Both the position numbers and the translations under genes were made by a program. The notes beneath the pieces were generated by a model that saw nothing but the letters and a program-made list of their open reading frames with translations, did not search any database and was not told the origin of the DNA. A DNA stretch of 64,000 nt from assembly GCA_965214705.1 (NCBI GenBank), contig CBDCCI010000002.1, positions 2,080,001-2,144,000 on the forward strand, in the 5' to 3' direction. This DNA comes from Alphaproteobacteria bacterium (GTDB lineage Bacteria; Pseudomonadota; Alphaproteobacteria; UBA828). Numbering within the stretch: the stretch's first letter is position 1; the number at the start of each line of letters is the position of its first letter. Positions 47,795 through 59,691 of this stretch are shown here, piece after piece.

Positions 47795-49198
47795 TCACAG
47801 CGCCGGCCGCTTGTCCGCCCACGGGCGCGCCTGCTCGAAGGCGCGGGCTGCCTGGAGCACGGTCAGATCGGCGAAGCGCTTGCCCACGATCTGCAGCCCG
47901 ACCGGGAGCCCCGCATCGGTGAAGCCGCAGGGCACCGAGGCGGCCGGGTTCTGGCTGAAGTTGAAGGGGTAGGAAAACTCGGCCCACACGATCCAGTCCC
48001 ACGGATGGGACGGCCAGTGCTCGGGCTGCAGCCGCTCGGCCGGGAACGCCGCCACGGAGACGGCCGGCGTGAGCAGCAGGTCCCACTCCTCGAAGAAGCG
48101 GTGCACCGCCTCGACGTAAGCGAGCTTGCGCGCCCGCGTCTCCAGGTAGGTCGCGCCCGTCACGCCGTCGGCCGCGCGGATGCAGGCGACGAGGCCGGGG
48201 TCCATACGCTCCTCGAACTCGTCAAGCAATGGGCGGTAGGCGTGGAGGTGGATCGGCCACAGCATGCGGATGATTTCCGGCCCCTCCGGGCCGAAGGGCA
48301 GCGCCGGGCTCTCCACCGTGCAGCCCAGCGATTGGAACGCCTCGGCCGCGCTCTGCACCAGCGCCGCGACGTCCGCGTCGACCCGTGCATGCCCGAGGTC
48401 CGGACTGAAGGCGACCTTGAGGCCATCGATCCCGTCGTCGAGCCTGGCCGGGTAGTCGGCGGGCGGCGCCTCCAGGCTGGTGTGGTCCCACGGGTGCGAG
48501 CCTGCCATCGCCCTCAGCATTAACGCGGCATCGCCCACGGTGCGGGTCATGGGCCCCACGTGGGAGACCTGATCGTTGTTCGGCACCGGCCAGTTGGGTA
48601 CCCGCCCGTAGGTCGGCTTGAGGCCGAAGATGCCGCTGAAGTGCGAGGGCATGCGGATCGAGCCGGCGCCGTCCGAGCCCTGGTGCAGCGGCCCGTAGCC
48701 TGCCGCCGCGGCAGCCCCGGCGCCCGCCGAGGAGGCGCCCGCGTTGTAGCCCTCCTTCCACGGGTTCGACGTGATGCCGGTGAGCGGGCTGTTGCTCACG
48801 CCGGACCAGCCGAATTCCGACGTGGTGGTCTTGCCGAGGACGATGGCGCCGGCCTCCTCCAGCCGCGGAATCACCGGCGCGTCCAAAGTCGGCACGTGGT
48901 CCCTCAGCGAGTGCGAGCCGCGCTCGGTGGGAATCCCGGCGGTCTCGGTCAGGTCCTTGGTAGTGACGGGCAGGCCGAAGAGCGCGCCTTCGGCCACGCC
49001 CTTCATCAGCGCGGCCTCTGCGCGCCCTGCGGCCTCCCGCGCGCGTTCGGCAGTCAGCGTCGAGAAGGCGTTGATGCGGGGCTCGCAGGCCTCGATGCGG
49101 GCCAGTACCGCGTCGATCAGCTCGACCGGCGAGAGCTCCTTGCGCCGGATCAGGGGGCTGAGCTCGGTGGCGGGCGTGAAGCAAAGATCATCGGTCAC
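47795..49198 (-). CDS. Amidase signature family protein
   Basis: GASSAGAG, GSDGAGSIRMP. Confidence 0.92.
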   Translation of the reverse strand: MTDDLCFTPATELSPLIRRKELSPVELIDAVLARIEACEPRINAFSTLTAERAREAAGRAEAALMKGVAEGALFGLPVTTKDLTETAGIPTERGSHSLRDHVPTLDAPVIPRLEEAGAIVLGKTTTSEFGWSGVSNSPLTGITSNPWKEGYNAGASSAGAGAAAAAGYGPLHQGSDGAGSIRMPSHFSGIFGLKPTYGRVPNWPVPNNDQVSHVGPMTRTVGDAALMLRAMAGSHPWDHTSLEAPPADYPARLDDGIDGLKVAFSPDLGHARVDADVAALVQSAAEAFQSLGCTVESPALPFGPEGPEIIRMLWPIHLHAYRPLLDEFEERMDPGLVACIRAADGVTGATYLETRARKLAYVEAVHRFFEEWDLLLTPAVSVAAFPAERLQPEHWPSHPWDWIVWAEFSYPFNFSQNPAASVPCGFTDAGLPVGLQIVGKRFADLTVLQAARAFEQARPWADKRPAL

Positions 49199-49258
49199 CG
49201 GCAACTCCTCGGCAGTCGTGGCTTGGGACGCGGATCATGGAGGCTGCAAGCACCTGTG

Positions 49259-50377
49259 TCATCCCGCTCCGTCAACCAGCGTCTCGCGCAGAACGTCCTC
49301 GTCGAGTTCGACGCCGAGGCCTGGGCGATCCGGCAGCGCAAGCCACCCCTCGTCGTCGACCTTGATCGGCTCCTTGAGGCCGAAGTCGCGCCGCGCCGGT
49401 ACCCAGTCCGGCGGATCGAAGGGGAACTCCAGGTAGGGTGCGCCGCCGACGCCAACCGTCAGCTGCGCGTTGGCCAGGAGGCCTAGACCGCTCCCCCAGG
49501 TGTGCGGCGTGAACATCAAGCCGGCCTCGCGCGCGGCCGCGGCGATGCGCGCGCATCCCGTGATGCCGCCGACGAAAACACAGTCCGGCTGCAGCACGTC
49601 GAGGCAGCCGCGCTCGATCAGGGTGCGGAACTCGTGGGCTTCGCGGGTCACTTCGCCGCCTGCGATCCTGACTCTAGTCTCGGCCCGCAGCGCCGCCATG
49701 CCGGCGTAGTCGCCCCGATGCAGCGGCTCCTCCATCCAGTAGACGTCGAGCTCGGCCAGCGCATGCGCCACTGTGCGGGCGGTCGCGAGCTCCCACGGCG
49801 GCGCGGTGTCCCAGGACATGCGCCATGCTTGGTTGCAATCGACCATCAGGTCGATGTCGGACCCCACGGCGTCGCGCACGGCAGCGGCGCGCGCGATATC
49901 CCGGCGCCAGTCATCGGTGGAAAAGCGCAGCTTGATGGCCTTGAAGCCACGGGCGACGAGCCCTCGCGCAGTCTCGCGGCTCGCGGCCTCGTCGCGCCGC
50001 AGCGCCGTGGAGGCATAGGCCCGCACCCGGCCATCCGTGCCGCCCAGCAGCCGAAACACCGGCTCGCCCTCGATCTTGCCGCGCAGGTCCCAGAGCGCGA
50101 GGTCGAGCGGCCACCAGCGCCCGTAGTGGAAGCAGAGATTGTCGAGCACGGCGTGGTGGCGCTCCATGTCGCGGGGGTCGCGGCCGAGAAACAGGTCGGC
50201 GTGCTCGGCGAACCCTCCCATCGAGTCCCCCGCCGCCACGCCTTCGAGCCCCTGGTCAGTGCGCACGCGAACGAGGTTGATCGTGAAGCTCTCGCGCGGC
50301 CTGCTGTCCCACGAGACCGGCACGGGCGGGGCGAGCGGGATGCGGTGGTGCGTGATGTCGATTGCGGCGATCTTCAT
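49259..50377 (-). CDS. Mandelate racemase/muconate lactonizing enzyme family protein
   Basis: DLALWDL, KAIKLR, MVDCN, WMEEP, AGGE. Confidence 0.92.
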   Translation of the reverse strand: MKIAAIDITHHRIPLAPPVPVSWDSRPRESFTINLVRVRTDQGLEGVAAGDSMGGFAEHADLFLGRDPRDMERHHAVLDNLCFHYGRWWPLDLALWDLRGKIEGEPVFRLLGGTDGRVRAYASTALRRDEAASRETARGLVARGFKAIKLRFSTDDWRRDIARAAAVRDAVGSDIDLMVDCNQAWRMSWDTAPPWELATARTVAHALAELDVYWMEEPLHRGDYAGMAALRAETRVRIAGGEVTREAHEFRTLIERGCLDVLQPDCVFVGGITGCARIAAAAREAGLMFTPHTWGSGLGLLANAQLTVGVGGAPYLEFPFDPPDWVPARRDFGLKEPIKVDDEGWLALPDRPGLGVELDEDVLRETLVDGAG

Positions 50378-50397
50378 GGAGGAATGGAACGGGGCGA

Positions 50398-50823
50398 TCA
50401 GAGAAGATCGCGCAGCACGGGGATCAGTGGCGCGTCGGCCGGCGGCATGGGGTATTCGCGGAGCCGCGCCGGCCGCACCCAGCGGAGCTCCTGCCCCTCC
50501 TTCGGCGTCACAAAGCCGTTCCATATCCGGCAGACGTAGAGAGGCATCAGAAGGTGGAAGTCTTCGTAGCTGTGCGAGGCGAAGGCGAGAGGTGCGAGGC
50601 AGCTCTGCTCCGTATCGATCCCGAGCTCCTCGCGGAGCTCACGGATCAGCGCCTGCTCTGGCGTCTCTCCGGGCGCGACCTTGCCGCCGGGGAACTCCCA
50701 GAGCCCTGCCATGGCCTTGCCGGGCGGGCGACGCGCCAGCAGCACCCGGCCGTCCGCATCGACCAGCGCGACCGCCGCCACCAGGACAAGAGGACGCGCC
50801 CCATCAGGTGCGGTAGTCGGCAT
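50398..50823 (-). CDS. mutT: 8-oxo-dGTP diphosphatase (Nudix)
   Basis: WEFPGGKV..GET..QALIRELREELG; next to argJ. Confidence 0.92.
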   Translation of the reverse strand: MPTTAPDGARPLVLVAAVALVDADGRVLLARRPPGKAMAGLWEFPGGKVAPGETPEQALIRELREELGIDTEQSCLAPLAFASHSYEDFHLLMPLYVCRIWNGFVTPKEGQELRWVRPARLREYPMPPADAPLIPVLRDLL

Positions 50824-52039
50824 TAATCTCGATGTAACCGTGGGTCAGATCGCAGGTCCAGACGGTCGCCGTGCCGGGGCCTGCGCCAGTTTCGACGGCG
50901 ATCTCGACCTCCTGTCCCTTCATGTGGCGGGCCGCCGCCGGCTCGTCGAAGGCGGGGTCGGCCACACCGTCCTTGGCCGCGCGCTCGCCGCCGAGCCAGA
51001 TCGAGAGCCGCTCCTGGTCGAAGGGCACGCCGGCCCGTCCCACCACCGCGACGATCCGCCCCCAATTGGGGTCCTCGCCGGCGATCGCCGTCTTCACCAG
51101 CGGCGAGTTGGCGATGGCGAGCCCGAGCTTGCGGGCTGCCGCCTCGGAGGCCGCGCCGCGCACCGTGATCGAGACGAGTTTCTGGGCCCCCTCCCCGTCC
51201 CGCACGATCTGTTGGGCGAGATCGGTCAGCACCGCCTCCAGCGCGGCGCGGAACCCTTGCAGCCGCGGGTCGCCGGCGCGCGCGACCGGCCTGTGCCGCG
51301 CAGCGCCCGTGGCGAAGAGCAGACAGGTGTCGTTGGTCGAGGTGTCGCCGTCCACCGTGATGGCGTTGAACGAGCGGTTCACGCCGCGCCGAACCAGAGG
51401 CCCCAGCGCCGCCGCCGGCAGGTTCGCGTCGGTGAACACGTAGGCCAGCATGGTGCCCATGTTGGGCGCGATCATGCCGGAGCCCTTGGCAATGCCAGCG
51501 ATAACCACCGGCACGCCGTCGATCTCGGCCTTGGCCGAGGCGCCCTTGGGGAAGGTGTCCGTGGTCATGATTGCGGCGGCGGCCTCGGGCCAGGCGTCGT
51601 CGGCGAGGCGGGCGTGAAGCGGGATCAACGCGGCGGTCAGCTTTTCCGCCGGCAGCTGCTCCCCAATTACCCCGGTCGAGCTGACGTAGACCTCGTCCGC
51701 CCGGCAGCCGACGAGCGCTGCTGCCGCCTCCGCGGTCCGGCGCACGGCGGCGTGGCCCTGGTCCCCGGTCGCGGCGTTCGCATTGCCCGCATTGACCACC
51801 AGCGCTCGCGCAGTGCCGTCGCCCTCCCCGAGCAGCGCGCGGCACCAGAGCACCGGCGGCGCGGCGGTGTGCGAGCGGGTCAGCGTGCCGGCGACAGTCG
51901 TCCCTGGCGCGAAGGACGCGAGCAAGAGATCGGGCCGGCCCTTGTAGCGCAGCCGCGCCTCGGCGGCGGCGAGCAGCACGCCCGGAACCGGCGGCAAATC
52001 TGGGAAGCGCGCGGGTGCAAGGGGGGATATCGCGGTCAT
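50804..52039 (-). CDS. argJ: Bifunctional ornithine acetyltransferase/N-acetylglutamate synthase
   Basis: NAGNANA, IMTTDT, KGSGMIAPNMGTML, DTSTND. Confidence 0.97.
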   Translation of the reverse strand: MTAISPLAPARFPDLPPVPGVLLAAAEARLRYKGRPDLLLASFAPGTTVAGTLTRSHTAAPPVLWCRALLGEGDGTARALVVNAGNANAATGDQGHAAVRRTAEAAAALVGCRADEVYVSSTGVIGEQLPAEKLTAALIPLHARLADDAWPEAAAAIMTTDTFPKGASAKAEIDGVPVVIAGIAKGSGMIAPNMGTMLAYVFTDANLPAAALGPLVRRGVNRSFNAITVDGDTSTNDTCLLFATGAARHRPVARAGDPRLQGFRAALEAVLTDLAQQIVRDGEGAQKLVSITVRGAASEAAARKLGLAIANSPLVKTAIAGEDPNWGRIVAVVGRAGVPFDQERLSIWLGGERAAKDGVADPAFDEPAAARHMKGQEVEIAVETGAGPGTATVWTCDLTHGYIEINADYRT

Positions 52040-52193
52040 CGACCTCTCCTGATGGCGGGCCGCGCCAAACATACAAGCAGAGCCGGAGCGATACGAATAC
52101 CGCGCCGCGTTGACAGGACCCGAGCGCACGCCTATCTCTCGGTTACTGGCGTCGCTGCATGCGGCGGCGGGCGACGGTTGTCGGGATGATGCC

Positions 52194-54992
52194 ATGCTTC
52201 AAGGCCTTTCCAAGAAACTCTTCGGCACAGTCAATGAGCGCATCGTCAAGGCCCATGCCGCGCAGATCGGCGCCATCAACGGCCTCGAGAAGTCGTTGGA
52301 GGCGCTGAGCGACGAGGAACTCCGCGACAAGACGCCTGCGTTCAGGAAGCGGATCGAGAACGGCGAGACCCTGGAAGACCTGCTCGTCGAGGCCTTCGCC
52401 GTCACGCGCGAGGCCGCGAAGCGCACGCTCGGCCAGCGCCACTACGACGTGCAGCTCGTCGGCGGCATCGTCCTGCACCAGGGCAGGGTCGCCGAGATGG
52501 CGACCGGCGAGGGCAAGACCTTGGTGGCGACGCTGCCGGTCTATCTCAACGCCCTCGAAGGCAAGGGCGTGCACGTCATCACGGTGAACGACTACCTGGC
52601 CCAGCGCGACGCCGCCTGGATGGGCGAGATCTATCAGTTCCTGGGCCTCAAGGTCGGCTGCATCGTGCATGGCCTGAATGACGATCAGCGACGCGAGCAG
52701 TACGGCGCCGACGTTACCTACGGCACCAACAACGAGTTCGGCTTTGACTATCTGCGCGACAACATGAAGTTCACGCTGGAGACCATGGTCCAGCGCCCCT
52801 TCAACTTCGCCATCGTGGACGAGGTCGACAGCATCCTGATCGACGAGGCGCGCACGCCGCTGATCATCTCGGGGCCGTCCGAGGACAGCTCGGAGATGTA
52901 CCAGAAGGTCGACCAGGTGATCCCCGAGCTTCTCGAGGGCGATTTCGAGATCGACGAGAAAGCCCGCGCGGCGACGCTTACCGACGAAGGGGCCGAGAGG
53001 GTCGAAGCGCTGCTGGCCAAGCACGACCTCTTGAAGAGCCCCAACCTCTACGACATCGAGAACGTCTCGGTCGTGCACCACCTGAATCAGGCGGTCCGCG
53101 CCCACAAGATGTTCGAGCGCGATACCGACTACATCGTCAACGACGGACGCGTCGTCATCATCGACGAGTTCACCGGGCGCATGATGCCGGGGCGCCGCTT
53201 CTCCGAAGGGCTGCACCAGGCGCTCGAGGCCAAGGAGCACGTGCGGGTCCAGCAGGAGAACCAGACGCTGGCCTCGATCACCTTCCAGAACTATTTCCGC
53301 ATGTACCCCAAGCTCGCCGGCATGACCGGCACCGCGGCGACCGAGGCCGCCGAGCTCGGCGACATTTACCGCCTCGACGTGATCCAGATTCCGACCAACG
53401 AGCCCTGCATCCGGGAAGACCGGGACGACGAGGTCTATCGCACTGCAGACGAGAAGTGGAACGCGATCTTAGAGCTTCTGCAGGACTGCCAGAAGCGGGG
53501 CCAGCCGGTGCTCGTGGGCACGACCAGCATCGAGAAGTCCGAGCTCCTCTCCGAGCGGCTGAAGAAGGAATCGGTTCCGCACAACGTGCTCAACGCCCGC
53601 TATCACGAGCAGGAAGCGCACATCATTGCGCAGGCCGGCCGTGTCGGCGCGCTCACCATCGCGACCAACATGGCGGGCCGCGGCACAGACATTCAGCTGG
53701 GCGGCAACATCGAGTTCCGCATCGCCGACGAGCTTGGAGAAGAGGAAGACGAGGTCGCGAAGGAGCGGGCCGCCGCCAACATCCGTGCCGAAGTCGCGGC
53801 CGGGCGCGAGAAGGTGCTCGCAGCCGGCGGGCTGCTGGTGGTCGGCAGCGAGCGCCACGAGGCCAGGCGCATCGACAACCAGCTACGCGGCCGCTCCGGT
53901 CGACAGGGCGACCCCGGTGCTTCGCTCTTCTTCCTCTCGCTGGAAGACGACCTCATGCGCATTTTCGGCTCCGAGCGCATGGACTCGATGCTCTCCAAGC
54001 TCGGGCTGAAGGATGGCGAGGCGATCGTCCATCCGTGGATCAACAAGGCGCTCGAAAAGGCGCAGCAGAAGGTGGAGGCGCGCAACTACGAGATCCGCAA
54101 GAACCTTCTGAAGTTCGACGACGTGATGAACGACCAGCGCTCGGTGGTCTACGAGCAGCGCAAGGACCTGATGCGCACGGACGATGTTTCGGAAACGGTC
54201 GTCGACATGCGTCATGAGGTGGTCGAAGCGATCGTCGACGATCACATCCCGGAGAAGGCCTATCCTGAGCAGTGGGACCTGGACGGTATGCACGACTCAT
54301 GCCGGCGGCTGCTCGGCATCGACCTGCCGATCAAGGACTGGGCCAAGGAAGAGGGTATCGCCGACGAGGAGATTCGCGATCGAATCGTCAAGGAAGCGGA
54401 TGTCCACGCCGCCGCCAAGCTCGCGACTTACGGTTCCGAGGTCTGGCGTCTCGCCGAAAAGAGCCTGCTTCTGCAAATCCTCGATCAAAGTTGGAAGGAC
54501 CACCTGCTGACCCTGGATCACCTGCGCCAGGGAATCGGCCTCAGGGCCTACGGCCAGCGCGATCCGCTCAACGAATACAGAGGCGAAGCCTTCAGCATGT
54601 TCGAGAACATGCTCGCAAGCCTCAGGGAACAGACGACTCAACTGCTCAGCCACGTCGAGCTCAGGCTTCAGGGCCCCGACGAGGAGGAGTCGCCCGTGCC
54701 CGAGCGGACTGCACCGCAAATGCAGGAAACCCGCCGCGACCCCGCGCTCGCCGCCGCGGGAGCGGGAGCGATGGCCGAGGAGGCGCCTGCCCTGGCGGCC
54801 GCCGGCGGTGGCCGCGCGCCGGTGCGGCGCGAGGCAGCTCAACCGGCTCAGGCGGCAGCGGGCGGCAGCACGGTTCGACGCGCTGCGTTCGACCCGAGCA
54901 ATCCTGAGACCTGGGGCAGAGTCGGCCGCAACGCCCCCTGCCCCTGCGGCTCCGGCCTCAAGTACAAGCGCTGCCACGGCAAGCTCGCCTGA
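52194..54992 (+). CDS. secA: Preprotein translocase SecA
   Basis: [34 protein letters not shown]-terminal CPCGSG.KYKRCHG. Confidence 0.99.
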   Translation: MLQGLSKKLFGTVNERIVKAHAAQIGAINGLEKSLEALSDEELRDKTPAFRKRIENGETLEDLLVEAFAVTREAAKRTLGQRHYDVQLVGGIVLHQGRVAEMATGEGKTLVATLPVYLNALEGKGVHVITVNDYLAQRDAAWMGEIYQFLGLKVGCIVHGLNDDQRREQYGADVTYGTNNEFGFDYLRDNMKFTLETMVQRPFNFAIVDEVDSILIDEARTPLIISGPSEDSSEMYQKVDQVIPELLEGDFEIDEKARAATLTDEGAERVEALLAKHDLLKSPNLYDIENVSVVHHLNQAVRAHKMFERDTDYIVNDGRVVIIDEFTGRMMPGRRFSEGLHQALEAKEHVRVQQENQTLASITFQNYFRMYPKLAGMTGTAATEAAELGDIYRLDVIQIPTNEPCIREDRDDEVYRTADEKWNAILELLQDCQKRGQPVLVGTTSIEKSELLSERLKKESVPHNVLNARYHEQEAHIIAQAGRVGALTIATNMAGRGTDIQLGGNIEFRIADELGEEEDEVAKERAAANIRAEVAAGREKVLAAGGLLVVGSERHEARRIDNQLRGRSGRQGDPGASLFFLSLEDDLMRIFGSERMDSMLSKLGLKDGEAIVHPWINKALEKAQQKVEARNYEIRKNLLKFDDVMNDQRSVVYEQRKDLMRTDDVSETVVDMRHEVVEAIVDDHIPEKAYPEQWDLDGMHDSCRRLLGIDLPIKDWAKEEGIADEEIRDRIVKEADVHAAAKLATYGSEVWRLAEKSLLLQILDQSWKDHLLTLDHLRQGIGLRAYGQRDPLNEYRGEAFSMFENMLASLREQTTQLLSHVELRLQGPDEEESPVPERTAPQMQETRRDPALAAAGAGAMAEEAPALAAAGGGRAPVRREAAQPAQAAAGGSTVRRAAFDPSNPETWGRVGRNAPCPCGSGLKYKRCHGKLA

Positions 54993-55049
54993 GCGGCCGG
55001 GGCCTCGTCCTCTCGCATAAAGCCTGGCCTGCGGTCTGCGGGCAGCGAT

Positions 55050-55658
55050 TCAGATGATGATGCCGCCGAGCAGGCGGCGCCATTTGCTCTCGTGGTCGGT
55101 GCCCAGCACGAGGTCGGGATCGGCGTCGATCACCGCCCAGTCGCCCCGCGCGAGCTCGCTCTCGAGCTGCGACGGCCCCCAGCCGGAATAACCGAAGATC
55201 AGCAGGCTGCGGCGCGGCCCATGACCGAACGCCACGTCGACCAGCACCTCGAGGTTGGTGGTGAGCGCGAACGCGCCAGAGAGCACCCTGGTTCCGCGGA
55301 TCGCGTACTCGGCCGAGTGCAGCAGGAAGCCGATTTCCGGCTGAACCGGGCCGCCGTAATGCAGGGTTATGGGGCCGCTGCGCAGTGCGTCCAGGCCCTC
55401 ATCGTCGAGGTCGATGCCAAGCCGATCGAGAAGTCCCTCGATCGGCGCGGTGCTGATCGGCTTGTTGACGACCAGTCCGAACGCGCCGTTCTCGTCGTGA
55501 TCGACGAGATAGATCACGGTCTCCTGGAAGCGCGGGTCGGGCATGTGCTCGCTTGCGACCAGCACCCGACCGGCCAGCCACGAGTCGGCCTGCGCAGCGC
55601 CCGCTGCAGCGCCTGCTGCCAGGAACACGATCAGGCTGAGGGTTCGCAACAAGCGCAC
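55050..55658 (-). CDS. YqgE/AlgH family protein
   Basis: DPRF.ETVIY, GGPV, GYSGWG.SQLESE; start uncertain. Confidence 0.88.
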   Translation of the reverse strand: MRLLRTLSLIVFLAAGAAAGAAQADSWLAGRVLVASEHMPDPRFQETVIYLVDHDENGAFGLVVNKPISTAPIEGLLDRLGIDLDDEGLDALRSGPITLHYGGPVQPEIGFLLHSAEYAIRGTRVLSGAFALTTNLEVLVDVAFGHGPRRSLLIFGYSGWGPSQLESELARGDWAVIDADPDLVLGTDHESKWRRLLGGIII

Positions 55659-55668
55659 GGCGTGGCCC

Positions 55669-56358
55669 TCAGGCGACGCCCAGCAAGGGAGGAAGCTCCG
55701 CGAGAGTCTTGATCTCGGCGTCGGGCGCCTCCGGGATACGCTCTTGCCCTTGACCGAAGCGGTTGCACCAGGCGACACGGAAGCCGAAGGCCGCCGCACC
55801 ATTGGCATCCCAGGCGTTGGACGACTGGAAGCTCACCTTGGCCGGAGGCACGCCGAGTCGATCCACCACCAGTTGGTAGACCGAAGGATGAGGCTTGAAG
55901 ATGCCGACCTCCTCGACGGAGAGCACGGCGTCGAGACTGTCACCGATTCCTGCAGCCTCGACCGCCGCCTCCAGCATCTCGGGCTCGCCGTTCGAGAGGA
56001 TGGCGGTCTTGAGCCCGTGCGCCCTGAGCGTCGCCAGCGTCTCCGGCACCTCCGGGTAGGCGTCCAGGGTGCGGTAGGCCTCCATCAGCTTGGCGCGCAG
56101 CGCGTCGTCCTCGATACCGAGCTCCCCCATGGAGAAGTCGAGCGCGTCGCCCGTGACCTGCCAGAACCCTGTGTAGCGGCCCATCAGGCTGCGCAGCCAG
56201 GTGTACTGGAGCTGCTTGTGACGCCAGAGCTCGGCGAGCGGAGCGGCCTTGTCGCCGAGCGCCGCCACGTGGCGACCGGCCGCCGCGTTATAGTCGAACA
56301 GCGTGCCGTAGGCGTCGAAGACGCAGGCCGCGATATCGCCGAAGCGTGGATGGGCCAT
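55669..56358 (-). CDS. Haloacid dehalogenase type II
   Basis: FDAYGTLFD, LSNG, FKP, SSNAWD. Confidence 0.93.
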   Translation of the reverse strand: MAHPRFGDIAACVFDAYGTLFDYNAAAGRHVAALGDKAAPLAELWRHKQLQYTWLRSLMGRYTGFWQVTGDALDFSMGELGIEDDALRAKLMEAYRTLDAYPEVPETLATLRAHGLKTAILSNGEPEMLEAAVEAAGIGDSLDAVLSVEEVGIFKPHPSVYQLVVDRLGVPPAKVSFQSSNAWDANGAAAFGFRVAWCNRFGQGQERIPEAPDAEIKTLAELPPLLGVA

Positions 56359-56458
56359 GCCCCTCTTCCTCCCGATACCTCCCGATCATACCAGAGCGCC
56401 GGGAGGCGTGCGGACGGGAGGCTCCGCCCGTTGCGCGCCCTACTCGCCTGCTCTTGGC

Positions 56459-56677
56459 CTACTTGTGGCGGAAGATGATGCGGCCCTTCGACAGATCGTA
56501 GGGCGTCATCTCGACATCGACCCGGTCGCCGACGAGCACGCGGATGCGGAACTTGCGCATCTTGCCCGCCGGGCGCGCGATGATCTCGTGGCCGTTGTCG
56601 AGCGCCACGCGGAACATCGTGTCCGGCAGCTTCTCGCGAACCGTGCCGGAAAACTCGAGCAAGTCCTCTTTGGCCAT
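56459..56677 (-). CDS. infA: Translation initiation factor IF-1
   Basis: [10 protein letters not shown]...[29 protein letters not shown]. Confidence 0.98.
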   Translation of the reverse strand: MAKEDLLEFSGTVREKLPDTMFRVALDNGHEIIARPAGKMRKFRIRVLVGDRVDVEMTPYDLSKGRIIFRHK

Positions 56678-56975
56678 AGGCGAAGGCGCTGCTTTTCGAT
56701 TCAAAGGGCGACGGGCCGAATTGCGGGACTTCTGAGCCACGCCAACGACCGTCGGGGCCGGGTTGTTGCATAGCGGGGCCGCTTTGTTAAGCGCCATTCG
56801 GACTACACGCGGAGGCAACCGCTTGTCGTAAGGATAGGAAATGCTCGCTGCACGTTTGGCAGGCGAGACCGGGATGCTATTGTGCGCGCGCGAAACGCAG
56901 CCGAACCTGGTCCTTGTGGAACTGCTCGGCCGCCGCTCGCGCGTCTGGGAGAATTCATCGGAGCGGGCACATCGG

Positions 56976-58070
56976 ATGGCGGAGGTACGCCTCTCGGGGC
57001 TGACCAAGAGCTATGGCTCGGTGCATGCACTGCGCGGCGTGGACCTTGAGGTCGACGACGGCGAGTTCTTCGTGCTGTTCGGCCCGAGCGCGGCCGGAAA
57101 GACGACCACGCTCCGCGTCATCGCGGGCCTCGAGAGGCCGGACGCCGGCACGCTCATGGTGGACGGGCACGATCTCGCGGGCGTGCCGGTCAAGCGGCGC
57201 GACATGGCGATGGTCTTCCAGAGCTTCGCCCTCTACCCCCACCTGACGACGTTCCAGAACCTCGCGTACCCGCTGCGCGAGATGAAGATGCGGCGTGCCG
57301 AGATCGACAGCCGCGTGCGCGAGACCGCGGAGCTGCTGCGCATCACCCACACGCTCGACCGCAGGCCGGCTTCGCTCAGCGGTGGCGAGCAGCAGCGGCT
57401 CGCCATCGGGCGCGCCATCATCCGCCGTCCGCGGCTCTTCCTCTTTGACGAGCCGCTCACCAACCTCGATGCCAAGCTCCGCCACGACATGCGGGCCGAG
57501 TTCAAGCGCCTCCATCGGGAGCTTGGCACGACCACGATATACGCGACGCCGGATCAGCTGGAGGCGCTCAGCATCGGCGAGCGCATCGCCGTGATCCAGC
57601 ACGGGCAGATCACCCAGGTCGATACCCCCGACCGGCTCTATGCCAAGCCGGTCGACCGCCACGTCGCCTCGCTGATCGGCGACCCGCCCATCAATCTGGT
57701 CAAGGGCACGCTCAAGCTGGGCGGCAACACAGGGCCTGCCATCGAGCTGCCGTTCATGGAGCTGGACGGCAATCCGTGGCACGACAGATTGCAGGCGCTA
57801 GATGCCGGCACCGAACTTCTGGTCGGCATCAGGCCGCACGACCTTTCGCTGGTCGAGGAGAACGGAGACGGCGTGCCGGCGACGATCGAGATTACCGAGC
57901 CCCAGGGCGACATCACGATTCTCGACCTTTCGGCGGCCGGCGTACCGCTCCGCATGGTGGTGGCGGAAGCGACGGGCGCCCGCTATACAGCCGGCGACAG
58001 CGTGCGCATTGCGCTCGCCGGCGCCGATACACGACTTTTCCTGAGCGACTCCGGCACCATGGTGGCGTAG
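56976..58070 (+). CDS. Sugar ABC transporter ATP-binding protein
   Basis: [21 protein letters not shown]. Confidence 0.93.
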   Translation: MAEVRLSGLTKSYGSVHALRGVDLEVDDGEFFVLFGPSAAGKTTTLRVIAGLERPDAGTLMVDGHDLAGVPVKRRDMAMVFQSFALYPHLTTFQNLAYPLREMKMRRAEIDSRVRETAELLRITHTLDRRPASLSGGEQQRLAIGRAIIRRPRLFLFDEPLTNLDAKLRHDMRAEFKRLHRELGTTTIYATPDQLEALSIGERIAVIQHGQITQVDTPDRLYAKPVDRHVASLIGDPPINLVKGTLKLGGNTGPAIELPFMELDGNPWHDRLQALDAGTELLVGIRPHDLSLVEENGDGVPATIEITEPQGDITILDLSAAGVPLRMVVAEATGARYTAGDSVRIALAGADTRLFLSDSGTMVA

Positions 58071-58160
58071 GATGCGGCGCGCCCGCCGGAGCGGCCGGCC
58101 GACACGATCGACGGCAGGCACCGCCGCGGTTCGCGAGTAGACCGAGTGAGGGAGACAAGC

Positions 58161-59594
58161 ATGAGACTCATGACAAAGGGCAAGGCGGCACTGCTCGCCG
58201 GCGCGGTGGCGCTGGTCGGCTCCGCAATGTGGGGAGGCCCCGCCCAGGCCGAGGACATCACCATCAACATGGCTGCGCCCGACTGGCCGCCGACGCGCAT
58301 CATGCAGGACATGGCGAACGCGAGCTACAATGCGCCGAGCGGCAACAACGTGAAGCTCGTGATCGACTTCATCCCGTGGCCCGACTACTACACGCGGCTC
58401 GCGGCCTCGCTGACCTCGGGCGAGGAGAAGTACCAGATGGCGGTCAGCGACAGTCAGTGGCTGGGCGCCAACATCGAGGGCGGCTACTACATGAAGATCA
58501 ACGAGTTCATCGATGCCGACCCCGGTCTGCAGGCGGTGTTCGAGGATCTTCATCCCAACCTCGTCGCGTCCTATTCCACCTATCCGCATCGCACGGAGAA
58601 CTACTACGGCTTCCCGCAGATGCCGGACGTGCTGGTGGTTTATTACCGCCAGGACCTGTTCTGCCATGAAGGCGAGATGGCCGCGTTCAAGGAGAAGTAC
58701 GGCTACGACCTGCCGTGCTCGCCCGAGGAACAGAACGAAGTCCATTGGGGCCAGGTGCGTGACTTCGGCGAGTTCTTCCGTCGCAGCTCCGGCGAGTCGC
58801 TGGGCGGCGAGACCCTGAACGACGATTTCTACGGGATCGCCTACCAGGCCGGTAAGGGCTACGACTTCTCCAGCATGCAGATCAACGGCTTCATCTGGCA
58901 GCATGGCGGCAGCATCTGGGACGAGACCCAGGAGCCCGAGGGCCAGGCCATCGGCGTCGTGAACTCCGACGTCGCGGTCGAGGCGTTCGAGCACTATCTC
59001 TCGCTGACCGAGTTCATGCCGCCGGTGGTCCAGACCGGCACCATGGACATCTTCAAGGTCGACGAGTTGTTCCGCGAGGGCAAGGTGGCCTGGATCATCC
59101 AGTGGATCGGCTTCGGCGAGTCCGCGATCGCGCCGGAACTCTCGAAGGTCCACGACAAGGTCAACTTCGCGCGGATGCCGGGTCTGCTGGTGGGCGACGA
59201 GATCGTGCGCTGGTCCAACATCGGCGGGCAGCCCTTCGTGCTGACCACCTGGAACAGCGACACGGTGATCAAGGAGGCACTCGACTTCTGCAAGTGGTGG
59301 CTGTCGACCCCGGTGCAGCACGAGTTCGCCTCGCGTGGCGGGCAGAGCGGGCTCCAGAGCGTCTACACCACGCCCGAATACATGGAGTATCGGCCGTGGA
59401 ACCACGCCTTCGGCCCGAGCCTCGACTGGCAGAGGGACGTCTGGCACATCCCCGAGTTCTTCGAGCTGCTGGTGCAGCAGCAGGAAGAGTTCGACAAGGC
59501 GATTACCGGCCAGATCTCCGCCAAGGAGGCGCTGGACAACATCGCCGTCTTCCAGGATGAGCTCCTGCGCGAAGCAGGACGCATCGAGGACTAG
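58161..59594 (+). CDS. Sugar ABC transporter substrate-binding protein
   Basis: Signal peptide; family-1 SBP character; operon context. Confidence 0.9.
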   Translation: MRLMTKGKAALLAGAVALVGSAMWGGPAQAEDITINMAAPDWPPTRIMQDMANASYNAPSGNNVKLVIDFIPWPDYYTRLAASLTSGEEKYQMAVSDSQWLGANIEGGYYMKINEFIDADPGLQAVFEDLHPNLVASYSTYPHRTENYYGFPQMPDVLVVYYRQDLFCHEGEMAAFKEKYGYDLPCSPEEQNEVHWGQVRDFGEFFRRSSGESLGGETLNDDFYGIAYQAGKGYDFSSMQINGFIWQHGGSIWDETQEPEGQAIGVVNSDVAVEAFEHYLSLTEFMPPVVQTGTMDIFKVDELFREGKVAWIIQWIGFGESAIAPELSKVHDKVNFARMPGLLVGDEIVRWSNIGGQPFVLTTWNSDTVIKEALDFCKWWLSTPVQHEFASRGGQSGLQSVYTTPEYMEYRPWNHAFGPSLDWQRDVWHIPEFFELLVQQQEEFDKAITGQISAKEALDNIAVFQDELLREAGRIED

Positions 59595-59610
59595 CGATCG
59601 AGGCGGTAAC

Positions 59611-59647
59611 GGGGGCGGCTCCGCATAAGGGGCCGCCCCCTTTCCTT
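59611..59647 (+). terminator. Stem-loop after the SBP gene
   Basis: GGGGGCGGCTCC-GCATAA-GGGGCCGCCCCC-TTTCCTT. Confidence 0.6.
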
Positions 59648-59691
59648 CCCACCGATTGCCCGGAACATAGAGATTGACCGGCCCCTGACGC